Notes: a model not told the origin generated them from the sequence alone. Positions 54,951 to 64,000 are shown, counted from the stretch's first letter. The stretch is DNA of 64,000 nucleotides from Acidobacteriota bacterium (GCA_963666215.2 CAXWPL010000003.1:96001-160000), one strand, 5' to 3'. Program-made: numbers and translations.

Positions 54951-56351
54951 CTACCCGCTGTGGCTGACGGGTCGTGCCGCGTCGCCGGGCACGCCTAGCC
55001 AACCGAGCTGGCGACCGAGGGCATAGACGGCCGCCCCGAGTAGCATCGTGCCCAGCGCCGCGAAGGTCGGCAGGGGCGCGTCGACAAGTCCGTTGGCCCA
55101 AGCGGCCACCGTAATGCCCACGAAAACGAGCGCCGGCAGCGGGAACAACGGCGTCGCGAACACGGCTTCGCCTGGCGCCCCGTCGCGGAGCCGCACAACA
55201 AAGAGCGCGGCAACTGTGAGACCGGCGAAGAGCAGCAGCGCCGAACCGATGTAGGTCAACAGCAGACCGAAGGATCCGGTAAGCGCGAGCAGCGCCGCGA
55301 GCACGCCTTGCGCCACGATGGCAATGCGTGGCACACGACCGGAGGCCGAGATCCGCGCCAGCGCGCTCGGCGCGAGCTGGTCACGTGCCATGGCGAAGTA
55401 GATGCGCGGACCGACTGCTGTCATGGCGCTTACCGATCCGAACATAGCGAAGGCGATGAGCGCGCTCACCGCCAACGCGCCGCCGTGGCCGAACAGGCGT
55501 TCGGCCGCAACCTGGCCCACCGCGATGTCCGCCTGCCACTCCGCCTCGGGCAGGGCGTAGAAGAACAGAGCGTTGAGCGCCAGATAGACAACGGCCACGA
55601 CCGCGGTTCCCAGGAGCAGCGCCCGAGGCAAATTTCGACGCGGCTCGCTCACTTCACCGGCCATGTAGGCGGCAGCGTTCCATCCGGAATAGGCGAAGCT
55701 CACCTGCAGCAGCGCAACCCACCAGCTGCTTTGCCCCGCGGTGCTCGCTCGTAGCCCCGCCGCGCTGCCGGCGCCGGTCGATAGGCCCGCGACCACGAAC
55801 ACCGCGATACCGACCAGAACCACCGCCGCCAGTGTCGTTTGGAAGCGTGAGCTGGAACGCACACCGATGCAATGCAGAACCGTCAGCATCGCCACCAGGC
55901 CCGCGGCACCGAGGGCGGCCTGTGAAACAGGCCATCCGACCACCACCGGCGCATCCGATTGCCAGCCCGGAATCAGCGGGGCAACGTAGGCCATCACACC
56001 GAGCGACGATGCGGCAACCGCTGCCGAGAACCCCACCACGAACGAGGTCCAGCCACTCAGGAACCCCCAAAGCGGACCGAAGACACGCGACAGGTAGCGG
56101 TACTCCCCGCCCGCCCCCGGCATGCGCGTAGCCAGCTCGGCGTAGCACAGCGCCCCGCTCAGCCCGAGCAGCGCTCCAGCAGCCCAGACCCCGAGCGAAC
56201 CGAGCGCGCTCCCGGTGGCCACGCGAACAAAGGCGGGCACAGTGAAGATCCCCGACCCGATCATGTTGGTCACCACGAAGGCGGCCGCCGCGGCGAAGCC
56301 GAGCGAGCGGCGCAAGTCGATAACCGCCGAAGACGTCGGGCGCTCGAGCAC
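54951..56351 (-). CDS. APC family amino acid permease
   Basis: MIGSGIF, YAELATRMPGAGGEY, FAYSGWNAA and GPRIYFAMARD motifs; start approximate. Confidence 0.9.
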   Translation of the reverse strand: MLERPTSSAVIDLRRSLGFAAAAAFVVTNMIGSGIFTVPAFVRVATGSALGSLGVWAAGALLGLSGALCYAELATRMPGAGGEYRYLSRVFGPLWGFLSGWTSFVVGFSAAVAASSLGVMAYVAPLIPGWQSDAPVVVGWPVSQAALGAAGLVAMLTVLHCIGVRSSSRFQTTLAAVVLVGIAVFVVAGLSTGAGSAAGLRASTAGQSSWWVALLQVSFAYSGWNAAAYMAGEVSEPRRNLPRALLLGTAVVAVVYLALNALFFYALPEAEWQADIAVGQVAAERLFGHGGALAVSALIAFAMFGSVSAMTAVGPRIYFAMARDQLAPSALARISASGRVPRIAIVAQGVLAALLALTGSFGLLLTYIGSALLLFAGLTVAALFVVRLRDGAPGEAVFATPLFPLPALVFVGITVAAWANGLVDAPLPTFAALGTMLLGAAVYALGRQLGWLGVPGDAARPVSHSG

Positions 56352-56621
56352 AGGCTCGGAGGAATGGTGTTCGGGCACGGCCGCCAAGCATACCTGCGCG
56401 CGGCCCTCCGAGCTCCGGAGGAGCATCAATGGTGTCCGCTTTCGGGAAGCGGGGTTTGCAATCTGCGCCGTGGCACCGATACTGAGGGGACTCCCCGAGA
56501 GACCTTCAGCCGAAGGCCGAAGGACGACGTCCATCGACCCCGAGAGTGAAGCGCCAGCCTGGAATTCGTTGTTGCGAGCCAGGCCGCGTCGAACACTCGG
56601 ATCCCCGCCGTGAGCGAACCC

Positions 56622-57065
56622 ATGGCCAACGTCGAACGTGAGCATCAGATCCTCTCCGAACCACCCACGCAGGAGCTTCTCGAGGCGCGCCAGAACGACG
56701 GCTGGCACGCCGTCGCGATTGTCTGGGAGCGCCAGGGAAGCGACGAAGTAGCGGCAGGCAGAACCCCGGTGGAACGCCAGGCGGTCCCCTTCGGATTGAA
56801 GGTGGCGCCCGATTGTCAGCAACTCGAGACCGACAGCACGGAGCGTGAGGCCATGAAGCTCATGCTGCGGCTCCTCGTCGACGACGTGCCGTTTGCGCAA
56901 GTCGCGGCCAAGCTCAACGAACAGGGCTTCTGTAGGCGGCGGGGGGGCGACTGGAACCAGACCGCCGTTTTCCACATGCTGCCGCGTCTTCTCGAGATCG
57001 CCCCAGCGATGTACTCGAGCAGCGACTGGATCGCTTTGAGGCCGAGCCTTCGGCAGGCAGTCTAA
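56622..57065 (+). CDS. Small protein with a recombinase-type DNA-binding domain
   Basis: VPFGLKV...VAAKLNEQGF.RRRGGDW...VFHML resembles the Recombinase domain of large serine recombinases; no catalytic domain. Confidence 0.65.
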   Translation: MANVEREHQILSEPPTQELLEARQNDGWHAVAIVWERQGSDEVAAGRTPVERQAVPFGLKVAPDCQQLETDSTEREAMKLMLRLLVDDVPFAQVAAKLNEQGFCRRRGGDWNQTAVFHMLPRLLEIAPAMYSSSDWIALRPSLRQAV

Positions 57066-57123
57066 CGTCGGCGCCGCCGGCGCTCGCCTCTTCCCCTGAA
57101 ACTGGAACCTTCCGCGTCGGGCT

Positions 57124-58746
57124 TTGAGCGCCGCCAACGTCAGCTACCCATCAGATCCATCAACAACGCCGGTCTCGGTTCTCGTCCATCTGTCGGGCGC
57201 CGACCGAGGGCAAGTGCGGCGGCTCGATCAGAACATCGTCTACCTCGGCCTTAGAAGCACCGGCAGGGGCGGCACAGGCGCGCCCAAGGTCGAGGTCGGG
57301 CTCGACGAGGGCTACGCCGCCGAGAAGACACTCGTGGTCTTGCGGCGCAGCAATCAGACCTACCGCCTGGAGCCGTTCCCGGGCGTTGACGTTTGGATCA
57401 ACGGTGAGCGCGCCGACACTCAGGCGCTCAACAGCGGCGACGTGATCGAGATCGCCTCGGGCAGTGACGGGCTCGTTCTTCGCTTTCGTCAGTACGAGCC
57501 AGGAAGCGACGCCTACAAGACCCTGGGCGAGGCCTTCGCGGATTGCGTCGAGTGCGCGCGCCACGCACACAGCGGCCCCGAGGGGCTGCGAATGCTCACA
57601 GCCGGGCTGCTGCGAGAGCTCGTTGGACACGTTTCCCCGCTCACCCGCGTGGCTGTGGTCGCGGCTGTGATCCTGTTTGTTGCCGCCCTTGGTGCACTGT
57701 GGCGGCAGAACCAGGCCTTGGAGCGCCGCTTTGCCGAGGAGCGCCTGCGTATTGAGGGCCTCGCGGTACTCCTCGAAGACAGCGAGCGCGAGGCTTTTAA
57801 CGTCGACGATTTCTCCGCGGCACGCGCTGATCTCGACATCCGTATCGCCGAGACTCTGGCGCGCCTGGATGCTCTCGAGAATCGAGCGGGCGCCCGCGCC
57901 CGAGTGATCGCCGAGGCTTCGCGCTCGGTGATCTTCCTGCAGGGCGCCTATGGGTTCGACGATCCCGACAGCGGCCGCCCGCTGCGCTTGGCGAGCGGCC
58001 CGGACGGCCGTCCGTTGCGCGACCCGTTGGGCAATATCGCGCTGAAGCTGGGTGGCGACGGAGAACCTCTCGAGCTGCGCTACACCGGCACCGGGTTCGT
58101 GGTCTCGGAGCTCGGTCACGTCGTGACCAACCGTCACGTAGCACAACCTTGGGATTTCGACGACAACGCCAAGCGCATCCTGGCCAACGGCTTCGAGCCG
58201 GTGATGCGCCGCTTCGTGGGCTACCTACCTGGGAACGGAACACCGCTCGCGATCGGCGTTGTAGGCGTGCACGACGAGGCCGACGTCGCCCTGCTGCGCT
58301 GCGACAGCTCCAGCACAGAGGTCGCGGCGCTCGAGCTGACCGGCACCGTGCCCGAGCTCGGCGCCGAGGTCATCGTCCTCGGCTACCCAACCGGGATGCG
58401 GGCGCTGCTGGCACGCGCCGAGCCGACGTTCGTGGAGCGTGTCACCTCTGGCGGATCGGTGGACTTCTGGAACCTGGCGCGCGAGCTCGCCAGCGGCGGC
58501 TACGTTCAACCGCTGGCCACCGTCGGTGTTGTGGGCCAAGCTACCGTGGGCTCGATTGTCTACGACGCCGAGACCACGCACGGCGGCAGCGGCGGTCCTG
58601 TCCTCAACCTTGACGGCCGCGTTGTGGCGATCAACGCGGCCGTGCTGCCGGAGTTCGGGGGCTCGAACCTCGGGGTTCCGGCGGCCGCGGCGCTGGAGCT
58701 ACTCGAGCCTCAGCTTGTTGCTATTGAGGCTGCGTCGCGGCGTTGA
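57124..58746 (+). CDS. FHA-like domain, TM/coiled coil and trypsin-like serine protease
   Basis: VWINGE..LNSGDVIEI (FHA-like); catalytic triad in TNRHVA, ADVALL and GGSGGP. Confidence 0.82.
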   Translation: MSAANVSYPSDPSTTPVSVLVHLSGADRGQVRRLDQNIVYLGLRSTGRGGTGAPKVEVGLDEGYAAEKTLVVLRRSNQTYRLEPFPGVDVWINGERADTQALNSGDVIEIASGSDGLVLRFRQYEPGSDAYKTLGEAFADCVECARHAHSGPEGLRMLTAGLLRELVGHVSPLTRVAVVAAVILFVAALGALWRQNQALERRFAEERLRIEGLAVLLEDSEREAFNVDDFSAARADLDIRIAETLARLDALENRAGARARVIAEASRSVIFLQGAYGFDDPDSGRPLRLASGPDGRPLRDPLGNIALKLGGDGEPLELRYTGTGFVVSELGHVVTNRHVAQPWDFDDNAKRILANGFEPVMRRFVGYLPGNGTPLAIGVVGVHDEADVALLRCDSSSTEVAALELTGTVPELGAEVIVLGYPTGMRALLARAEPTFVERVTSGGSVDFWNLARELASGGYVQPLATVGVVGQATVGSIVYDAETTHGGSGGPVLNLDGRVVAINAAVLPEFGGSNLGVPAAAALELLEPQLVAIEAASRR

Positions 58747-59281
58747 CGCGTGCGATGAAGGCGTCGGTCACGTCGAGCTCGGGCGAGTAGTACAGGAGTC
58801 CGCCCACCTGACTGAGCCGTGTGTCGAGGATCAGCCCGTAGCCCTCAGTGGCCGCCATATTCTGCAGCTGCGGAATCAGCGCCGCATTGACCGTCCCGAG
58901 CGCTTCCTCCTGCAGGCGCTGCAGCGCGCGTCGGGCATCGTCCTGCATCCGCGTCAGCTGCACCTGCAACTCCTCGATGCGGACATCCATCTGCGCCATC
59001 GCCCGCGCGTTGAGCGTCAGCGCCTGCTGCTGGCGCGTCTGCGTCAGCTGGGTCAGCTCGGTCTGCGAACCAACGAAGCGCGACTCCCAATCGTCAGCGG
59101 CTGCCTGCACGCGAGCGGTGGCAGCGCGACCCACGTCGGTTTGCTCGGTAACACGCTCGCCGTCAATCAGAACTATCGGCAGCTGCCCCTGAGTGGCCGA
59201 TGTCCACGGCGACCAGGATCCGAGCGCGGCAACTGCGGCAATGAGCATGAGCGGAGTGTTCACAGCCTTGTTGAGATTCAT
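58721..59281 (-). CDS. OmpH/Skp family periplasmic chaperone
   Basis: Signal peptide, Q-rich coiled coil, GYGLILD...LDVTDAFI; AGGAG RBS. Confidence 0.8.
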   Translation of the reverse strand: MNLNKAVNTPLMLIAAVAALGSWSPWTSATQGQLPIVLIDGERVTEQTDVGRAATARVQAAADDWESRFVGSQTELTQLTQTRQQQALTLNARAMAQMDVRIEELQVQLTRMQDDARRALQRLQEEALGTVNAALIPQLQNMAATEGYGLILDTRLSQVGGLLYYSPELDVTDAFIARVNAATQPQ

Positions 59282-59656
59282 CGACAGGTCTCCTGAGATG
59301 AGTGTGGAGCGGGTCCGAAGCGTCGCGATCTGACGCAGTAGCCGTTGAGTCCGAAGCTGACGAGATCGCGGATCTGATGGCGAATCGAGCGGCTGCATCG
59401 GCGCCACCTGCGACAACAGTAGTTGACCGCGGGCGACGAGCGCTAGCGCGTCTGCGTAACTCATCCGAGGCCCGTGGGAAGCGCGTGCGGTGAGCGGATG
59501 GACCGGCGTATCGCACGTCGTACTCTCACCGCGGGAGGGCTCTGATTCGCCCGCCTCACCCCATCTCACCATGGTACGCTTGCGCGGCTCGCTCCTCGGC
59601 GACCCTTTTTCGAATTGCGCGAATCACTGTCGAGGTCCCCTCGGAGGCCCCCTCTG

Positions 59657-60475
59657 ATGAAGGCACGCTCCGCGATGTTTGCCACGGCACTGGGAGCGGT
59701 ACTGGGCGTCGTGTTAACGCTCGCAACGCCTGGCGAAGCTAGCGCTGCTTGCACCTGCATGTCGCCGAAACGCCCGGCCTGCGAGGTCTACTGGCAGACT
59801 GCGGCGATCTTCGTGGGGCGGGTTGTCACGATCCAAGCCGAAGAAGCCCCGAGCAACACCGGCGCCAACGACCTCACCAGCACCGTCTCCTCTCAACAGG
59901 ACATGGCGCGTGTGGTGATCATGGAGGTGCTCGAGGACTGGCAGGGGGTCGACGGCGAGAAGCGGGTCGAGGTCCGAACCGGGGCCGGCGGCGGCGACTG
60001 CGGCTTCGACTTCGAGGACGGCGAAACCTACGTCGTGTACGCCAACCGCGCACGCCAGACCAGCCGGCTCGAAACCGGAATCTGCTCGCGCACAGCCAAG
60101 CTCGAGGACGCCGCGATCGACCTCGCCTATATGCGTGGGCTCGCCCGCGCCGATAACACCGCGAGCCTGTACGGCTTGGTGATCCGCGAGCGCCAGGCTA
60201 TCGACCCCACGACGCTCGAACCGGGGCGGCGACCGGATCCCGGCGGACCGTTGCGCGATGTCGAAGTTGTCCTCGAGGGCGACCGCGAGCTCAGGATGCA
60301 GACAACCGACGAAGAGGGCTGGTACAAGTTCGACCAGCTACCTGAGGGCCGCTACCGCATTCAGGTCGTTGTTCCCGACGTCGAAGAGCAGGAGCGCTGG
60401 CGCATCCAGATCCCGGTCACGCCGGCGTGCATCTGGCGCAACTTGATCGTCGCGCCGCTGCCGATCGGCAACTAG
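59657..60475 (+). CDS. Secreted TIMP/NTR-like domain plus carboxypeptidase-regulatory-like domain protein
   Basis: Signal peptide ASAA|CTC, AIFVGRV, GGGDCGFDF..GETYVVYA, CSRT; TDEEGWYKFDQLPEGRY. Confidence 0.72.
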   Translation: MKARSAMFATALGAVLGVVLTLATPGEASAACTCMSPKRPACEVYWQTAAIFVGRVVTIQAEEAPSNTGANDLTSTVSSQQDMARVVIMEVLEDWQGVDGEKRVEVRTGAGGGDCGFDFEDGETYVVYANRARQTSRLETGICSRTAKLEDAAIDLAYMRGLARADNTASLYGLVIRERQAIDPTTLEPGRRPDPGGPLRDVEVVLEGDRELRMQTTDEEGWYKFDQLPEGRYRIQVVVPDVEEQERWRIQIPVTPACIWRNLIVAPLPIGN

Positions 60476-60580
60476 CGGAGTGGCCGGCCGCGCTCACCCC
60501 GCGATCGGCACAGCGCCGGCAACCGCAGAGCACCCGGCAGATTGCCTGGTGGCACACAGCCGCCGGTCCGGAGCCTGGAC

Positions 60581-60757
60581 AAAAAAATGCCCGGGCGATT
60601 TCCACGATGGCCTCCCTACAGCTCTCCGTCACCCTCCGGTTCAGCAGTTTCCGTGGCCTTTGCCAAGCCCTTTCAGGTCAACCAGGGCTCCACAGTCTTT
60701 CTGTACCCTCACCGGGCTCCGGATTTCCGCCGTTCGGCCGGGGAAATCGTCCGGACA
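60581..60757 (-). ncRNA. ssrS: Free-standing ~170-nt rod-like RNA, probable 6S (SsrS) RNA
   Basis: Terminal stem UGUCCGGACGAUUUCC/GGAAAUCGCCCGGGCA (15 of 16 paired), nested inner stems, U7 tail; G-U pairs favour the minus strand. Confidence 0.55.
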
Positions 60758-60792
60758 GGCGCTAATAAATCGCAGTCTGGGCCGGAGGTCAA
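60758..60792 (-). promoter_or_regulatory. Sigma70-type promoter for the ncRNA
   Basis: TTGACC-17 nt-TTTATT a few nt upstream of the stem's 5' end. Confidence 0.5.
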
Positions 60793-60959
60793 CTCCATCG
60801 CCGCACCATCGAAACGATGCCAACATGAATCTCGTAACCTCTTTGTTTTCTTGCACTTGAAGACGACGACTCTTAAGGTGAACGCTGAACGTTCAGTGCC
60901 GGACGGGCTGAACATCCGGCGCCAGACGGGTCGGGTGTAATCGCGGAGGCGAGCTGGCA

Positions 60960-62042
60960 TTGAACATCGTTCATCTAGATCTACAGCGCGGCTGGCGAGG
61001 TGGCCAGCGGCAAGTCTGGCTGCTTATCCGCGAGCTCCATCGGCACGGCATTTCGCAAGCGATGCTCCACCGAGTCGACTCCCCGTACGAGGAGAAACTG
61101 CGCCAGTTCGACTCGGTGCAATGCATATCAACGCCGACGCGGCTGCGCGGCTTCCTGCGCTCCCCCGCCGCCAGCCGGGCGACCATCTTCCATGCACATA
61201 CGGGCAACACCGTGCCGATCGCGCTGTGGGGCGCGCGCTCGCGGGGTCACACGGTGATTACGCGACGTCTCGACCTGCCCATCAAGCCGTGGATGTTTCG
61301 GCGCGCCGCCCGCGTGGTGGCCATCTCACGGCGCGTCGAGCAGGTACTCGTGAGCTCCGGAATCTTGCCCGAACGGTTGCGCCTGATTCCGTCGGCTGTC
61401 GATTTGGAGCGGTCGCTGGAGGCCGTCGACATCGGCGACCTCCGCCGCGAGCTCGCGATCGCGCCCGACGCTCACGTGGGCCTGACGATCGGAGCGCTCA
61501 CGGAACAGAAGGACCCCATGACGCTGGTCGCGGCCTTGCCCAAGCTGCCGCCCAACTACGTGCACATCTGGGTAGGGGCCGGTCACCTCCTGAGCGAGGC
61601 ACAACGATTGGCCGAATACCTCGGTGTGAAAGACCGGCTGCGACTGACAGGCTTCGACTCGCACCCCGACCGGTGGTTCGCCATTGCCGACCTGTTTGTG
61701 CTGCCGAGCATTCACGAGGGTCTCGGAACGGTGCTTCTCGACGCATTCCATTTCGGCGTCCCGGTGGTGGGCACCGCCATTCCGGCGACCTCGGAGTTGC
61801 TCGAGCACGGCACGTCGGCGCTGCTGTTCGAGCCGCGAGACGCCGACGGCTTGGCCGCCGCGGTGCACGAATTGCTGAACAATCTCGAGCTCGCCAGCCG
61901 CCTGAGCACCGAGGGATCGAGCCGCGTCACCGCCTACGATGCTCGTGACATGGGGGAACGTTATGTCGAGCTGTATCGCGAGCTGATCGACGGCCCCGAC
62001 GCGCACCACAGAGAGCACGCCCGGCAGGCCGTGAGCGGATAG
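60960..62042 (+). CDS. Glycosyltransferase family 4
   Basis: WRGGQRQV, HAHT, EQKDP and LFVLPSIHEGLGTVLLDA motifs. Confidence 0.9.
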   Translation: MNIVHLDLQRGWRGGQRQVWLLIRELHRHGISQAMLHRVDSPYEEKLRQFDSVQCISTPTRLRGFLRSPAASRATIFHAHTGNTVPIALWGARSRGHTVITRRLDLPIKPWMFRRAARVVAISRRVEQVLVSSGILPERLRLIPSAVDLERSLEAVDIGDLRRELAIAPDAHVGLTIGALTEQKDPMTLVAALPKLPPNYVHIWVGAGHLLSEAQRLAEYLGVKDRLRLTGFDSHPDRWFAIADLFVLPSIHEGLGTVLLDAFHFGVPVVGTAIPATSELLEHGTSALLFEPRDADGLAAAVHELLNNLELASRLSTEGSSRVTAYDARDMGERYVELYRELIDGPDAHHREHARQAVSG

Positions 62043-62185
62043 AATCCCGGCAGACTCCAAAGCGACCGAAGCCGGCTGGCGCATGCTCTACCCTCGCGAC
62101 GAGGCGGCACTCGGGCGACCCTCCGAGCCCCGCGAGCCACGTTAACGACGTCTCTCCGATCTCTCTTGTAAAGCGAGTCCATCGA

Positions 62186-62770
62186 GTGCACCCATCCGCC
62201 GACCCGATCGAGACCTTCCGAGAGTTGCAAGCGCGGGCGCGCGAAAGTGAGCCGCACGAGGGCACCGCCGTCTGCCTGGCAACAGCCAACGCCGCCGGCC
62301 AGCCGAGTGCGCGGGTCGTGTTGCTCAAGGGCTTCGACGAGCGCGGCTTCGTTTTCTACACCAACTACGAAAGCCCCAAAGGGTGCCAGATCGGCGAAAA
62401 CCCGCACGGCGCGCTCTGCTTCTACTGGAGCAGCCTCAACACTCAGGTTCGCGCCGAAGGCACTGTGCGGCCGGTGTCGGAGGCCGAGTCCGACGCCTAC
62501 TTCGCAAGTCGGCCGCGAGGCAGTCAGATTGGCGCCTGGGCATCAAGGCAATCGCAGCCCATCGCGTCGCGCGCCGAGATCGAGCACCAGGTCGCTGAAG
62601 TCGACGCCCGATTCGACGGCAGAGAGGTCGAGCGACCGCCTCACTGGGGCGGCTTCCGACTCGCCCCTCAGCGCATCGAGTTCTGGAACGCCGGCGAGGA
62701 TCGCCTGCACGATCGCTTCGTTTACACGCGAACAGCCGATGGCTGGTCGTGCGAGCGCCTGCAGCCTTGA
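62186..62770 (+). CDS. pdxH: Pyridoxine/pyridoxamine 5'-phosphate oxidase
   Basis: ARVVLLK, FYTNYES, SRPRGSQIGAWASRQS, RPPHWGGF, RLHDR and RLQP motifs. Confidence 0.95.
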   Translation: MHPSADPIETFRELQARARESEPHEGTAVCLATANAAGQPSARVVLLKGFDERGFVFYTNYESPKGCQIGENPHGALCFYWSSLNTQVRAEGTVRPVSEAESDAYFASRPRGSQIGAWASRQSQPIASRAEIEHQVAEVDARFDGREVERPPHWGGFRLAPQRIEFWNAGEDRLHDRFVYTRTADGWSCERLQP

Positions 62771-62777
62771 GCCACAC

Positions 62778-63845
62778 ATGAGCCGCCCGCAGCGAGCTCT
62801 CGTGCTCGGAGCCGGCGGACAGGTGGGCGGCGATCTTCTCCTCGAGCTCCTGGCAGCGAACGCGGACGTGATCCCCGTCGACCAGCTGCCGGCGGAGTCG
62901 ACGAACGCGTACAAGAAGCTCACGCAACTCGCGCCGAACGACAGCTGGAGCCCCAATTGGGAGCAAGTCGACGTCACCGACGCGGCCGCGGTTGCCGACC
63001 TCGTGGCCCGCACGCGGCCCGATGTGATCTATCACCTGGCCGCCGTCCTCAGCGCCGCCGGCGAGGCCCACACCGGGCTATGCTGGACGATCAACGTCGA
63101 CGGCCGGCGCAACGTCCTCGACGCGATTGTCGGGCTTCAAGACCGGCCGCCGAACGCGATCCGTTCGGACCGCGGCGACGACGAACGCGGCGCCAACGCG
63201 GCATCCCCAACACTCGTATGGCCTTCATCGATCGCCGCCTTCGGCCTACCTCCGGGCGCCGCTTCCTCTGCGGACGGCTACACCGCCACCGAGGAGTGGC
63301 CGTTCTTCCCGATCACCATGTACGGCGTCACCAAAGTAGCGGGGGAAAAGCTTGGCGAGTACTACGCCCGCCGCTCCAAGGTCGACTTCCGTTCGATCCG
63401 CTTCCCCGGCCTCATCAGTAGCGTCGAGCCTAGCGGCGGCTCCTCCGACTACGCCAACGAGATGTACTTCCGGGCTTCTCATGCCGAGCCCGCCGAGTGC
63501 TTTGTGCAGCGTCAGGCGCGCATTCCTTTCATGCACATGGACGACGCCATCAGCGCGCTGCTCCAGCTCGCCGCCGCCGATCGGGACCGCCTCACCCACA
63601 GCACCTACAACATCACCGCGTTCCCCGCCCCGTCGGCCATGGAGATGGTCGCCAGCATCCAGCGCCGCATGCTCGACTTCTGTGTGACGTACGAGCCCGA
63701 CGGGCGCGAAGTCAACGTTCTCTCGTGGCCCAACGAGCTCGACGACTCGGCAGCGCGCACCGACTGGGGCTGGTTGCCAGAGATCGACTCGCTCGACAAC
63801 ATGACCGACAAGCTACTGGCGGAGTTCTCCGCCGCCCGGCGCTGA
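62778..63845 (+). CDS. NAD-dependent epimerase/dehydratase, L-threonine 3-dehydrogenase-like SDR
   Basis: GAGGQVG, HLAAVLSAAGE, PSSIAAFG, MYGVTK, DFRSIRFPG, GGSSDYA and SWP..LDDS.AR.DWGW motifs. Confidence 0.85.
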   Translation: MSRPQRALVLGAGGQVGGDLLLELLAANADVIPVDQLPAESTNAYKKLTQLAPNDSWSPNWEQVDVTDAAAVADLVARTRPDVIYHLAAVLSAAGEAHTGLCWTINVDGRRNVLDAIVGLQDRPPNAIRSDRGDDERGANAASPTLVWPSSIAAFGLPPGAASSADGYTATEEWPFFPITMYGVTKVAGEKLGEYYARRSKVDFRSIRFPGLISSVEPSGGSSDYANEMYFRASHAEPAECFVQRQARIPFMHMDDAISALLQLAAADRDRLTHSTYNITAFPAPSAMEMVASIQRRMLDFCVTYEPDGREVNVLSWPNELDDSAARTDWGWLPEIDSLDNMTDKLLAEFSAARR

Positions 63846-63933
63846 AGCCAGAAAGGACGATCCTGCACAGCCGCAAGGTCTGGGGCTCGACAAGGCTCGC
63901 CCTGCAGCAGCTTTCACGTCTCCGAAGGAGCCC

Positions 63934-64000
63934 ATGATGAAGTTGCCAATTCTGGCCGCCGGCTTGGCGGCGGCTCTCGCAACGCTCCCCGCCCCGCCCG
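63934..64000 (+). CDS. 5' end of a secreted protein (runs off window)
   Basis: AAGGAG RBS; MMKLPILAAGLAAALATLP signal peptide. Confidence 0.6.
   Translation, partial: MMKLPILAAGLAAALATLPAPP

Noticed and set aside
56486-56545. Glycine-riboswitch-like gagagacc...gccgaagg segment
   Set aside because: The downstream CUCUCAGG element is missing, and it points away from the amino-acid permease.
59282-59572. In-frame N-terminal extension of OmpH, or a separate upstream peptide
   Set aside because: A good RBS and signal peptide at 59281 explain the gene. The extension has no recognisable homology, only short imperfect repeats.
60770-60803. Fluoride-riboswitch-like GGCGATGGAGTT on the minus strand
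   Set aside because: P1 cannot close (GACC instead of CGCC) and the 3' conserved element is absent. It overlaps the -35 box of the ncRNA promoter.

Overview
High-GC bacterial chromosomal segment with dense housekeeping and accessory genes. The gene repertoire suggests Acidobacteriota, but this is inference only. It holds about 55 CDSs: many peptidases and amino-acid/peptide transporters, a split TRAP system, an AttE/F/H-like ABC cassette, a carbamoyltransferase plus GT-C pair, a minor type IV pilin (pilV/W/X-like) cluster, arfB, eda and pdxH. I found no rRNA, tRNA, CRISPR array, transposase or prophage. Several genes are broken by single indels, consistent with long-read assembly error. The best signals that the ORF track hides are: (1) a secreted DUF3179-family selenoprotein with an in-frame UGA at the family's Cys position and a SECIS-like hairpin right after it (53845-54885); (2) a free-standing ~170-nt rod-shaped ncRNA with a candidate promoter and a U-tail, resembling 6S RNA (60581-60757, minus); (3) a second structured intergenic element (46541-46710); (4) an in-frame UAG inside a choice-of-anchor-B propeller gene; (5) a hybrid kinase lacking its phospho-His; (6) a TIMP-like CxC secreted protein; (7) a junction at ~7460 where two 5'-truncated genes diverge.
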